Source: a virus | IMG/VR virus record: IMGVR_UViG_3300044653_000068 | Span: 32,001-96,000 of that record | Direction: 5' to 3' (one strand) | Length of the DNA: 64,000 nucleotides | In this document: positions 18,121 through 27,104 of the stretch, in pieces | How positions within the stretch are numbered: position 1 is the first letter of the stretch | Layout of the letters: the number at the start of each line of letters is the position of its first letter | Made by a program: the position numbers and the translations under genes | The notes under the pieces: model-generated | The model's input: the letters and a program-made list of their open reading frames with translations, nothing else | Databases searched by the model: none | What the model was told of the DNA's origin: nothing

Positions 18121-18321
18121 TCAGGTATCGGAGACGACGAACATTCCGGCGCCCTGGGCGTACAGGAACAGGTCGCCCTCGGCCCTTTCGACGCGAAAGC
18201 GGTCGCCGAGCTTGAGCAGGCCGGCCTGGGAGGCCGTGTGCACCGCGCGCTCGTAGGGCACGCCCTCGTTGATGAGGCGCGACTGGATGGTGTCACCCTG
18301 GATTACGCCGGGCCACTGCAT
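18121..18321 (-). CDS. hypothetical protein
   Basis: TAATG coupling with the portal stop. Confidence 0.6.
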   Translation of the reverse strand: MQWPGVIQGDTIQSRLINEGVPYERAVHTASQAGLLKLGDRFRVERAEGDLFLYAQGAGMFVVSDT

Positions 18322-20120
18322 TACAGGTTCCCCCTCTTCTTTCCGTTGGTGCTCATGACCATCTCCCGCACGTCCGCGCGCCCGGGGATGAAAGGCGCGA
18401 ACATGTGACTCGCGGGCACGGGGCCGTCGTTGAGATCAGGGTCCTCACGGCGGATGCGGTCCTCGCACTCGCAGATGGACACCAGGATCTCCTGCGCGCC
18501 GACGCGCGCCTCGTAGGGCATGCTCGCGTCGCGCTGCACGGAGATCAGCGACGCCAGGAAGCTGGCCGGGTCCATGGCGAGGGGCAGCGGCGCGTTCGGT
18601 CGGCCGATCGGGGTGCCGGTGACGCCGTTGACGGTGATCGGGTAGGGCGACGGGGCCGCGTTCGCGCCGCCGGAAGCTCCCCCGCTGGAAGTCCCCGCGC
18701 TCGTCCCAGCGCCGCCCGAACTACCAGCACCGCCGCCAGGTACTCCAGCTCCCGGTGAAGGAGCCGCCCCCTGGACGGGGTACCCCTGCTTGACGAGCTG
18801 GGGGATGATGTACTTTTCCAGCTTGATGAGCCTGTCGGTAGCAACGTCCATCTCCAGGACAACGGCCTTCATGAACGACTTGGGGATAACGCCGGCCCGG
18901 GTGCCGAGGGCGTTCATGGTGGTGAGCGGCAGGTACTCGTTGCCGATGTCACCGGGGATAGGCGGCAGGTCTTCAAGATCGCGTAGCTCGTTGATAGAGC
19001 GCAGGCCCATGTTCCGCATGATCAGGTACATGTTGATGCGGGCTTCGAGGTCGGTCTTCAGCAGCGCGTCGGTGTAGAACTTGCACATCCGGTTGCGCGG
19101 CAGCAGGAGGCCGGAGAAGCGCTGCTCGGCGTTGACCAGCCACGGGCGGCACGCCTCGATGAGCTGGAGGGTGGACTGCTCCGTGGTGTTGTAGGTCAGG
19201 CTGTCCCCGCGCGTGCCGCCGATGCGGTCCGGGGGCACGTTCAGGATCACCGCGACGTGCGTGGCGTTCATCTGCATGGCCTCTAGGAACTGGGCCTCGG
19301 ACGGCGGGACCGTGACCGGCTTGTAGTCCCAGTCGCGGCCGTAGACCAGCGGCTCCCTGCGCCGGAGGCTCTTGACGAGTTCCGCCCGCATGGCGGCGGC
19401 CTGGTCCTTGTCCACCTCGATCTCGGCGTTCTGGAAGGTGCCGGGCGGGAAGCCGCCGGCCGCGTACCAGTCAGTGCCGAAGCGCTGCGCCTCGGTGCCG
19501 GCCAGGAAAGTCAGCGCGAACTGGCGCAACGGCGAGATGCCCTCGATCCGGCCGGGCATAGGCAGGCCCGCGATGTGGAACACCTCGGCGTCGGGCCCGT
19601 GCCACCGGACCTCCCGGCCGAACGCGAAGACCCGGGCGCGCAGCGGGTTCCAGGAGTGCTCGTCCTCCTGCTCGTGCACGTACACGTCGTTCGGGGGAAT
19701 CCACTCGATGCCGGTCGGGAAGCCGTAGTTGTCCCGGCCCGTGACCCAGCCCCAGGCGTTCCCCTGGAGCAGCAGCGCGACCATCATCGAGTTGACCCAC
19801 GAATAGGTGGTGCCGATGACGCTGGGCTGGTCGAAAATGGACGGCCCGACCCACATGCGCTTGCCGGGGTAGCCGTCCCGGCCGAGCTGGGACAGGTAGA
19901 CGCGCAGCGGCATGGAGGCGATGTTGTCCGCCAGCAGCTTGACGCCGCCGTAGAGCGCGGGGAGGGCGAGGGCCGCGTCCGCGCCCATGAACTGGCGCGA
20001 GGGGTGCGTCGGGCCGCCTGTGTCGAACCTCCACAGAGGCGAGTCCCACGGCCGCCAGGGCACGCCGCCGATGACGCGCTGCTCGACGGCAGCGGACATG
20101 ATGCGGTCGCGCAGTGACAT
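18321..20120 (-). CDS. portal protein (HK97 family) with a C-terminal extension
   Basis: LLQGNAW, GISPL, EAQFLEA...VA..LNVPP, SINELRDLEDLPP. Confidence 0.96.
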   Translation of the reverse strand: MSLRDRIMSAAVEQRVIGGVPWRPWDSPLWRFDTGGPTHPSRQFMGADAALALPALYGGVKLLADNIASMPLRVYLSQLGRDGYPGKRMWVGPSIFDQPSVIGTTYSWVNSMMVALLLQGNAWGWVTGRDNYGFPTGIEWIPPNDVYVHEQEDEHSWNPLRARVFAFGREVRWHGPDAEVFHIAGLPMPGRIEGISPLRQFALTFLAGTEAQRFGTDWYAAGGFPPGTFQNAEIEVDKDQAAAMRAELVKSLRRREPLVYGRDWDYKPVTVPPSEAQFLEAMQMNATHVAVILNVPPDRIGGTRGDSLTYNTTEQSTLQLIEACRPWLVNAEQRFSGLLLPRNRMCKFYTDALLKTDLEARINMYLIMRNMGLRSINELRDLEDLPPIPGDIGNEYLPLTTMNALGTRAGVIPKSFMKAVVLEMDVATDRLIKLEKYIIPQLVKQGYPVQGAAPSPGAGVPGGGAGSSGGAGTSAGTSSGGASGGANAAPSPYPITVNGVTGTPIGRPNAPLPLAMDPASFLASLISVQRDASMPYEARVGAQEILVSICECEDRIRREDPDLNDGPVPASHMFAPFIPGRADVREMVMSTNGKKRGNL

Positions 20121-20136
20121 CGCCGCTCCCTTAGCC

Positions 20137-20151
20137 GTGAAGACGCTTCAC
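20137..20151. promoter_or_regulatory. palindromic operator candidate GTGAAG-N3-CTTCAC
   Basis: lies between the TACTCT -10 and the portal RBS; same palindrome at 30842-30856. Confidence 0.55.
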
Positions 20152-20184
20152 GCTAAGAGTAGGGCAGGAACGTTGGAGGCGCTA

Positions 20185-20559
20185 TCAGCCCGGTTCGCTG
20201 TAAGCCTGCACGTTGGGGCCGAAGGGCACGCCGAACGGCGTCGTGTGATCGGCGATCCGGTCGTCGTTGATAGAGCGCAGGCCCAAGGCGCGAGCGTCAG
20301 GGGCGGGACCGGGCGCGGCGACGGGCTTGAGCGTCATCGTCCCCATGCGGTAGCCGTGGCGGATCGCGAGGCCGTAGGCGGCGAGGCCCCTGGCGGCGAA
20401 CACCGCGCAGAACACCAGGAGCCACCAGGAGCGGCCGACGACCCACCCGATCCCGACGAGAATGCCAAGGATCACGGTGTCGATGACGTGCAGCGGGTGC
20501 GTGCGGTCCGCGACCTCGGCCGCCTCAAACCGCAGGTTCGCCAGAGTTTGATCGCTCAT
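20185..20559 (-). CDS. membrane protein
   Basis: hydrophobic segments; leaderless TACGAT-N7-ATG. Confidence 0.65.
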   Translation of the reverse strand: MSDQTLANLRFEAAEVADRTHPLHVIDTVILGILVGIGWVVGRSWWLLVFCAVFAARGLAAYGLAIRHGYRMGTMTLKPVAAPGPAPDARALGLRSINDDRIADHTTPFGVPFGPNVQAYSEPG

Positions 20560-20631
20560 GCCAGCTATCGTAACCCACGTCCTGCGGGCTCTCGGGTGAA
20601 CTGGCGTCACGAGCGCAGGGCGGCCACCGGG

Positions 20632-21339
20632 CTAGGCCGCACCAGATCCAGCGGCAGGCGTCGCACCGATAAGGCCCTGCACACCGTAGTAGCTGAGCTG
20701 GTCGTGGCTTACGTCCAGCTTGCGGTCGATGAACGTCCCGTTCTTGAGCACCGGGTCGAGATCCGCCCAGTTGAGCCCCCTGGCGTACAGCATCTCGTGC
20801 AGCTCGGGGAGCTTCTTGCCTTCCAGCTGCTTGTGCGAGTAGTGCCACTGAGCGCACATTTGCACGGAGTTACGGTACCAGTCCTTCTGACGCCACACGA
20901 AGACGTTGGGCGCGTCGGCCTCGGGCACGCTGAACGCGCGGGCGTCGAACATGGCCGGGGGCATCGCGGCGGGGAGCTTCCAGGCGGCCTCGCGGGCGAA
21001 GTAGGCGGTGAACGCGCTGGCCGAGACCGAGATCAGCTTGCTCAGCTCGTTGCCGAACCACGGCTGCGTCTCCGGGCTGTCAGCGTCGTCGAGCATGAAC
21101 GTGGCCTCGTCGCTCTGCGCGTAGGCGAGCTTGAAGCCCTGCATCTCCCTGGCCGTGTCGATGGCGGCGTTGGTCATGGCATTGATGAACGCGATGTCGA
21201 ACGGCTTGTCCAGGCCCCGGGTCCAGGTGTGGAACGCCTTGCCGTCAACCCGGATGAACACCGGGCAGTTCGGGGTCAGGGTGTGGGCGGAGACGGCCTC
21301 GTACCGCTTGATCCGGTCCCCGAGTGAGTCGCCCATCAT
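20632..21339 (-). CDS. thg1: tRNA(His) guanylyltransferase Thg1-like protein
   Basis: IRVDGKAFHTWT..LDKPFD, YAQSDE, FDAR, WRQ.D..RN. Confidence 0.95.
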   Translation of the reverse strand: MMGDSLGDRIKRYEAVSAHTLTPNCPVFIRVDGKAFHTWTRGLDKPFDIAFINAMTNAAIDTAREMQGFKLAYAQSDEATFMLDDADSPETQPWFGNELSKLISVSASAFTAYFAREAAWKLPAAMPPAMFDARAFSVPEADAPNVFVWRQKDWYRNSVQMCAQWHYSHKQLEGKKLPELHEMLYARGLNWADLDPVLKNGTFIDRKLDVSHDQLSYYGVQGLIGATPAAGSGAA

Positions 21340-21475
21340 GTTCCCCTCGCCTGGTACGCGGCTGCCAGGCGCTCGTAGTCCTCCTGCTTAACCTCGCCGT
21401 CCGGCAGCGGCCCGTGCTCTGCCACCGCCCACTGCACGAACTCCGGGAACCTAACGGCTACATCACGCCAGGTCA

Positions 21476-21690
21476 TCAGCTGCTCCCGTAAATGGGCCGG
21501 ACGCTGGTGTCCCTGACCGCGATGGCGGCGATCTCAGCGCTCTTAACGTGCTCCCCGAGCTGGACAAGCGCGCGTCCAGCGCCTGATTCGCGCGCTCCTC
21601 GGCAACCGTGGCGGCCTCGGCGGCGCTGAGCGGGCCGTCGATGACGAACCGGAGCGTGACCTCGGCCTCGTAGTGATTGATTTTCGGCAT
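21476..21690 (-). pseudogene. small gene with an apparent 2-nt frameshift
   Basis: GC-rich codon frame switches at GACGCGCGCTT (about 21570). Confidence 0.4.
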
Positions 21691-21699
21691 GCGGGCCCC

Positions 21700-21900
21700 T
21701 CAGTGGAAACTGGCGAATCTGATGTCCCGCTCCGCGCGCAGCAGGTCGATGGCGGCCTCCCGGCGGCTCATCCCCCACCCGCACAGAGGACGGCCGTAGA
21801 GCAGCGAGGGCAGCCCGGTGAAACGGGCCCGGATGATGTCGTGCTCCAGGCCTATCTCCTCGAACTCCACCTCGGAGTCGCCGTACTTGAGCTTGTCCAT
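21700..21900 (-). CDS. hypothetical protein
   Basis: 66 aa. Confidence 0.5.
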   Translation of the reverse strand: MDKLKYGDSEVEFEEIGLEHDIIRARFTGLPSLLYGRPLCGWGMSRREAAIDLLRAERDIRFASFH

Positions 21901-21936
21901 GCCCGCTGCAACACCGGGTCAGGCGGGCGTATTCCC

Positions 21937-23619
21937 CTACGCGATGGTGTTCGTAAGATCATAAGATCTGCGCACCTTGTTCAGGACGTACGCCGCGTTC
22001 GTGGCCGAGGTGATCGGCGTGATGTCCGCCTCGGCGTCGCGCCTGCACCAGGCCTTGCCGCCGTCCCCGGCCACACGGGTGGTGGCGCGAGCCACGGCCT
22101 TCCAGAGCGTGGGGGACAGCTCCTCCCCGAAGTGCCACAGCCTCTGGTCCTTGACCTGCTGCATGAGGAACGCGAACGCGGCCGCCTCCTCGCCGGGGCC
22201 CACCGGGTACACGCGGTCGCCCCACTGGCGGATGGCGTCGTCGAGCAGCGCCGCGCCCGGCCCCGACTTGGGGATCGCGATCGACTTGGGGTTCCACTTC
22301 CTGCACTTGACGATCAGCCACGGGATCACCCAGGCGACGCCCTGGCGCGAGCCGTCGCGGGGCATCTCGACGACGATCTTCTTCTGCTTGTGCTCCCAGG
22401 CGCACATCACCGTGGCGGACTTGCCGTCCTCGTCCACGTCGATCCCCACGACCATGGGGGGCGTCGGCATGCCGGGGTCCTCGTTGGTCAGCATCTTCCA
22501 GGCGGGCTTGCTGATTACCTCCCAGGGCTCGTCCTCAAGCGGCCAGTTGCCGATGGCGAGGCGCTCGATGTCGAACTTCCTGGGCGGCATCGTGTCCAGC
22601 TCGGACCGGGTGAACCCGGGGCTGATGCGGTAGCCCATGCCGGGGTTGGCCCTCGCCCAGGAGCGCGGGTCGTCGCGGTCGTCGTGCAGGTCGCACACGA
22701 TGTAGTAGTTGTCCTCGCGCCCGTGCGCCTCGTCCCTCGGGCAGCTCTCGTCGTGCGGGTTCACGGACCATTCCGCGCCGAACACGCCGGGGGCCTTCTT
22801 CTTCATGTTCTGGCGCATCTTGGCGAGCTGGGCGGACACCGTGCCGTCCTCCAGTCCGGCCGAGGCGGCGTAGATGATCTGCGGGTTGGGCCGGGCGGAC
22901 ATGGTGGGCATCGACGCCCCTACCTGCTCGTCGGACAGGATCATGGCCTCGTCGTAGACCAGGCAGTCGCAGGAGAACCCGCGCGAGGTGGCCGCGCCCG
23001 AGCGCGCGTGGAACTCCAGCTTGGAGGCCCGCCGCCGGAGCATCTGCCGGCCGCCCGCGCCGAAGATCAGCGTCGGGCGCGGCTTGAGGATGATCGCCTC
23101 CTTGCCGTTGCCGGTCCGGATGTTGGAGACGCGCCGGGCCAGGGCCGGGTACTCCAGCAGGACCATCTGGAGCCGCTCAAGGTGGTTGAGGCTCGTCTTG
23201 AGCTGATGGCTTGTGTGGATGATCAGCTCCTCCTGGAGCACGAACAGGCCGAACAGCTCGCGAACCTCCAGGCAGGTGCCCTTCCCGTTCTGGCGGGACA
23301 CGATCAGCACCGTGTTGAGGGCGGACCACATGCCGTCCGGCTGGCGGCCCATCATGTGCCGCAGAACCCAACGCTCCCAGGGGTCCAGCTCGTAGCCGAA
23401 GCCCTCGGCCCACTCCAGGGCCTCCTGCGCGACGTGATCGCCGCAGCCGTGGGAGTGCCTCTCCTCCTCGGCCTCCAGCGCGCACATCAGGCAGCCCGGC
23501 TGCTGCGCCTCGTGACGCGGCGGGATGGAGTAGAGGCGCGGCATCTGGTCGCCCATGAGCGGCCCCTCCATGAAGGTGCCGTCAGGGAGCTGGACGCGCT
23601 CGGTAAGTCGGTTGGCCAC
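21937..23619 (-). CDS. terL: terminase large subunit
   Basis: Walker A SRQNGKG, Walker B LVYDEA, SRGFS, ANPGMG, nuclease GIDV...DIT. Confidence 0.96.
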   Translation of the reverse strand: MANRLTERVQLPDGTFMEGPLMGDQMPRLYSIPPRHEAQQPGCLMCALEAEEERHSHGCGDHVAQEALEWAEGFGYELDPWERWVLRHMMGRQPDGMWSALNTVLIVSRQNGKGTCLEVRELFGLFVLQEELIIHTSHQLKTSLNHLERLQMVLLEYPALARRVSNIRTGNGKEAIILKPRPTLIFGAGGRQMLRRRASKLEFHARSGAATSRGFSCDCLVYDEAMILSDEQVGASMPTMSARPNPQIIYAASAGLEDGTVSAQLAKMRQNMKKKAPGVFGAEWSVNPHDESCPRDEAHGREDNYYIVCDLHDDRDDPRSWARANPGMGYRISPGFTRSELDTMPPRKFDIERLAIGNWPLEDEPWEVISKPAWKMLTNEDPGMPTPPMVVGIDVDEDGKSATVMCAWEHKQKKIVVEMPRDGSRQGVAWVIPWLIVKCRKWNPKSIAIPKSGPGAALLDDAIRQWGDRVYPVGPGEEAAAFAFLMQQVKDQRLWHFGEELSPTLWKAVARATTRVAGDGGKAWCRRDAEADITPITSATNAAYVLNKVRRSYDLTNTIA

Positions 23620-23650
23620 ACCCCGACTCTATAACCGGAGTGTGAACTCG

Positions 23651-23887
23651 CTACAGAAGTGGGGAGCGGACGGTCTCCAGATCACGGCGGCGCTGCGGGA
23701 AGTGAGGCGGGCAGTAGTCGCGCTGGTGCGCCCAGGGACGGCGCAAATCGGCCCAGTCGCAGTCGCAGGGGACGACGTGCCAGCCGGCGGCGCGGGCGTC
23801 CTCCTGGGCGAGGTGGAACGACCAGTGCTCCAGTGTCGTCCGGCAGAACGGCTTATCGCAGCGCAGCGCCCCGTTCCGGTAAGTCAC
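23651..23887 (-). CDS. Zn-finger-like hypothetical protein
   Basis: CDKPFC...GW...DYCPPH. Confidence 0.6.
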   Translation of the reverse strand: MTYRNGALRCDKPFCRTTLEHWSFHLAQEDARAAGWHVVPCDCDWADLRRPWAHQRDYCPPHFPQRRRDLETVRSPLL

Positions 23888-24090
23888 CCGGCGTACCTCG
23901 TGTGGATAGTCCACTCCCCCACGGCCGGACTGTAGATCACGCTGAGCCGCCCGCCGCTGATCATGTCGGCGGTCACCGGAACCTGCTGTCCGCGCTCGGC
24001 TATGTACCTGGCGAGCGACAGGATCGGCCCGGCCGCATCCGCGTCCTTCAGGTACCCGCGCAGGAACTCAATCTCCTCAGTCATTGACAT
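23884..24090 (-). CDS. hypothetical protein
   Basis: operonic overlaps. Confidence 0.5.
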   Translation of the reverse strand: MSMTEEIEFLRGYLKDADAAGPILSLARYIAERGQQVPVTADMISGGRLSVIYSPAVGEWTIHTRYAG

Positions 24091-24340
24091 CGAAATTCGG
24101 GTCGCCCGAGCGCATCTGCGAGTTCTTGCACGTCCCCCTGTGCGCAGTGCCCGGCAGCGTCGAGCAGCAGGTGCGCTGTGAAGTGATGTCACGCCCCGCC
24201 TGGATGTTCGCCGGCCCGTCACCGCCCTCCTGGATCTGATGCCGCCGGACCTCCGCGCGACTGCGCACCAGGACGAGGACGAGCATGAAAACCGCCAGCA
24301 CCGCGATCACGACGCAGGCACCCGCGAGTATTTCGTTCAT
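24077..24340 (-). CDS. single-TM membrane protein
   Basis: AGGAG RBS, N-terminal TM, GGDGPANIQAGRDI motif. Confidence 0.6.
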   Translation of the reverse strand: MNEILAGACVVIAVLAVFMLVLVLVRSRAEVRRHQIQEGGDGPANIQAGRDITSQRTCCSTLPGTAHRGTCKNSQMRSGDPNFDVND

Positions 24341-24349
24341 TATCTTCTC

Positions 24350-24682
24350 CTATTCCGCCGTGCAGAGCAGGGTTACCCAGCCGCGCCCATCACGGCCGGT
24401 CTCCCGGGCGCGAGCGTAGCCGTTCCACTTGAGCCAGATGTCCAGCAGGCCGGGCTCGTCCACCAGCAGGTCGGCCAGGGTCGCCCGGTACCGGCCCGGG
24501 GGCCTCACCGCAGGCCGCTGCGCGGCAGGTCCCGTGCTGCCTCCGCTGACCCGGAAGCGAGCCTGGGTGGCCGCGTACTTCGAGCGGCCCGGCAGCAGCG
24601 CCGCCAAATCGGCGGGCGGCAGGCCCGGGTTACCCCGGACGATCTCCAGCTCCGCCTCAGTCCAGGCGGGGGCGCGAACCAT
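24350..24682 (-). CDS. putative HTH/Myb-like DNA-binding protein
   Basis: WTEAELEIV...LAALLPGRS..A...R. Confidence 0.55.
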   Translation of the reverse strand: MVRAPAWTEAELEIVRGNPGLPPADLAALLPGRSKYAATQARFRVSGGSTGPAAQRPAVRPPGRYRATLADLLVDEPGLLDIWLKWNGYARARETGRDGRGWVTLLCTAE

Positions 24683-24926
24683 GCGGGCACCTCCCCGGAT
24701 GGCAGTTGATGAGGTGGAACGGGTCGCGCGACGGCGGGATCAGCCCGAACAGGTGCGCGGTCAGCGTAGCCCAGACGGACACCACGACCGGGCCCATCAC
24801 CCGGTGGCGGCTCGCGCTCTTGAACGCGTCGCTCATCGTCTCATTGCCCGTGGCGTCAGCCGCCAGCACCAGAACCGCGAGGGCGATCCAGCCCCAGCCG
24901 GGATGGTCATGCTTGGGAACGTTCAC
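24657..24926 (-). CDS. actinophage membrane protein
   Basis: GWIALAVLV...ETMSDAF...LTAHL. Confidence 0.6.
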   Translation of the reverse strand: MNVPKHDHPGWGWIALAVLVLAADATGNETMSDAFKSASRHRVMGPVVVSVWATLTAHLFGLIPPSRDPFHLINCHPGRCPHGSRPRLD

Positions 24927-25134
24927 CTCCCGCCTCCTGCCCCGCCTTGAATCCCCGAGTGAAGAGAACATCGCCTATGCGCATGTCCACTTCCCGCTGG
25001 CCGTCATCAAGCTCCTCCCACGGCAGAAGCCACGAGGGCCTGGCATCCGGTTGCTCCCGCGCCCACTCAACCCAGATCTGCCGCACCAGGCGGCCGACCA
25101 GTTCACGGGGCTCCGCCACGATCCTGTCGCTCAC
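24907..25134 (-). CDS. hypothetical protein (RyR-domain-like LLPWEEL motif)
   Basis: LLPWEELDDGQREVD. Confidence 0.55.
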   Translation of the reverse strand: MSDRIVAEPRELVGRLVRQIWVEWAREQPDARPSWLLPWEELDDGQREVDMRIGDVLFTRGFKAGQEAGGERSQA

Positions 25135-25377
25135 TTCCCGCGCCGCCATCTCTTCGGGGGGTTGACTCCCTTGAGAGCGTAGCGCTCGATCCAGGCGCGA
25201 TCCCGCTTCTCGGCCCACATCGCAATTCGCTCCAGGGGCCTCCGCCAGCCCGTCGCGTTGTCGGGGATCTCCCAGCGCAGGGAGCAGTCCTTCCGGACGC
25301 CCATGCAGAAGCTGCCCAGCCGCGACCAGGGGCTCTCGTAGAAGACGGTGATCAGGAGCCGCCTGTCGCGCGGGGAC

Positions 25378-25632
25378 CTACGCGCCGGGGTTGTCGTCAT
25401 CGCCGGCCTCCAGCGGGCAGAACGGGCAGGGAACGCAGTCGCACGACACGTCATGCCGGAGGCTGGGGTCACTGGGATCGCCCGCGCCGCACGTGCACAA
25501 CGGCTCGCGCTTCTCCAGCCACTCGCGGCCGAGCCAGCCAACGCCGGCGCAGGGGCACTCCAGCTCGGGCTGCTCCACCTTGAACTGGCCGTGGCCGTCG
25601 AAGTCGTAGAGCGGGGCGGTGGGGTCATTCAT
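25378..25632 (-). CDS. Cys-rich hypothetical protein
   Basis: CPC, CTC, CDCVPCPFC. Confidence 0.6.
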   Translation of the reverse strand: MNDPTAPLYDFDGHGQFKVEQPELECPCAGVGWLGREWLEKREPLCTCGAGDPSDPSLRHDVSCDCVPCPFCPLEAGDDDNPGA

Positions 25633-25948
25633 GCGAGGTCTCCTGTAGGTGGGTGATGATCAGCGCATACCCGTCATACCCGCCGGGGCGGCCGCCTTTG
25701 CCCACCGTAACCTCAACCGTGTCGTCCAGCTCGTCCGCATTCCAAGAGCTGACCCGCGTGTCCCCGGGCTGGCCGTTGGGGCACCGGATGCCGTTCATAT
25801 TGACCCGGCGTCCGAGCGACGCGTAGGTGAACACCGCCCCGGCTGACTGCCCTCCCTGACCCCCCTGGAGCACGATGTCAACGCGAGTCGCCCCGGCGGG
25901 CTTAACCCACGTGCCATCCTCGGCGAAGTACTGGATGTCTGGCTTCAT
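25625..25948 (-). CDS. standalone glycine-rich domain protein
   Basis: F..DGTWVKPAGA..V.I...GG.GG; VTVGKGG. Confidence 0.65.
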   Translation of the reverse strand: MKPDIQYFAEDGTWVKPAGATRVDIVLQGGQGGQSAGAVFTYASLGRRVNMNGIRCPNGQPGDTRVSSWNADELDDTVEVTVGKGGRPGGYDGYALIITHLQETSHE

Positions 25949-25975
25949 GTCCGGTTAAACGCTCGTTCCGGCGGG

Positions 25976-26407
25976 CTATATTCCGCCCTGCTCACGGCGT
26001 CGGCGCTCCTGCATCCGGGCGCGCTTGTCCTCGGTGTCGTCGGGCTCGCCCTCAGGCGGGTACAGCTCGATGAGCTGGAGGAAGTTCAGCCGGATCTCCT
26101 TGGTGTACTGGGTGATCTCGCGGGGCGAGACCTCGCCGCAGTCGAGCTGCCGGGCCATCATGCACGACTGCCTCGCCAGCGCGGTGTCGGCGGCCTCGTC
26201 CGGGAACTTCCCGAGATCCTTGATGAAGCTCTCCTCGATGCCGCCGTCCTTGACATCGCCCATCGTGGCCTCGGCCACCGGGCCGCAGACGGCGCAGTAG
26301 TACACGCCCTTGGACTTGATGAACACGTCGTCGCCCGGCGCGATGGGGATCTTGCAGCCGCAGCAGCGAACGGGGCCGGAAGCCGTGGCCCAGACCGGGT
26401 AGCTCAT
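25976..26407 (-). CDS. terminase small subunit (putative), N-terminal Zn finger
   Basis: helical ALA...MARQLD...TKEIR..L..L, acidic then Arg-rich tail; upstream of terL. Confidence 0.65.
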   Translation of the reverse strand: MSYPVWATASGPVRCCGCKIPIAPGDDVFIKSKGVYYCAVCGPVAEATMGDVKDGGIEESFIKDLGKFPDEAADTALARQSCMMARQLDCGEVSPREITQYTKEIRLNFLQLIELYPPEGEPDDTEDKRARMQERRRREQGGI

Positions 26408-26410
26408 GAC

Positions 26411-26824
26411 CTAACGGTACTCGGGGTACTCCCAGGGACGCCAGGGAGAAGGGGGCCGTTGGCGAGGAGGGGCCTCCGTGCCCGCGATCAGGTCTCCGGC
26501 TTCGGTGTACTGCCCCGTGTTCGGGCATCCGCCGCCGTGACCGCCACCTCGGATCGCACCGCAGCAAGGGCAGCCCTGCCCGTCAGTCGCGGGCCAGGTG
26601 CCGTCGCCGTTCCGGCCGTTACCGCCGCGCTGAACAGGCTTGTACCCAAACCGCCTGAACGCCTCGTCCTCCAGGTAACTTGCCTGCATCCGCAGCACCG
26701 GGTCCGCAGATCGCGAGACGCGCTGCACGTGCTCCCAAGCCGCCTTGAACTGCTCCGAATCCGGTCTGAGTCTCAGCCACTCGCCGACCTGCCGGAGCTT
26801 CTCCTGCTCGTCATTGAATCCCAT
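26411..26824 (-). CDS. hypothetical protein
   Basis: leaderless TAGGGT-N6-ATG; CPCC...HGGGCP. Confidence 0.6.
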   Translation of the reverse strand: MGFNDEQEKLRQVGEWLRLRPDSEQFKAAWEHVQRVSRSADPVLRMQASYLEDEAFRRFGYKPVQRGGNGRNGDGTWPATDGQGCPCCGAIRGGGHGGGCPNTGQYTEAGDLIAGTEAPPRQRPPSPWRPWEYPEYR

Positions 26825-26837
26825 GCGCGCACCCTAC

Positions 26838-26910
26838 GGTGGAGCTGGAGGGAATCGAACCCTCTGCAGCCTGCCTGCCAGGCGGGCCCGCTACCTCAGC
26901 GATCAGCCCC
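26838..26910 (-). tRNA. tRNA-Ala(GGC)
   Basis: GGGGCTG/CAGCTCC with G3:U70, loop CT-GGC-AG, T-arm GAGGG-TTCGATT-CCCTC; short D-loop; 3' end ACCG. Confidence 0.85.
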
Positions 26911-27023
26911 GTGCCAGGTTTCCCGGTGCACTCACCGTGGCAAGCGGATCATAGGGCGTTCCGGGGAGGGATTAAGGGGACTCCCGCACCGGCCTGCCGT
27001 CGCCGGCCTGGTATCCCCTACCT
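26911..27023 (-). ncRNA. candidate structured small RNA upstream of tRNA-Ala
   Basis: follows a TAGAGT -10; 5' and 3' ends pair; GGGGAT/GTCCCC stem capped by a GCGA tetraloop. Confidence 0.4.
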
Positions 27024-27104
27024 GAACCTCGGCGCCCACTCTACCGCGCCCGGAGGTTTACCTTCCTGTGACAAACGATCCGGTCATAGCGTAGATTGCC
27101 CCCC

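Noticed and set aside
9514-23634. Long antisense ORFs (9514..11121 upstream part, 13377..15008, 19987..21327, 21673..23634; also 59640..60947 and 50788..52197)
   Set aside because: Shadow frames of real genes in high-GC DNA; only the HNH-AP2 portion from 10582 is credible
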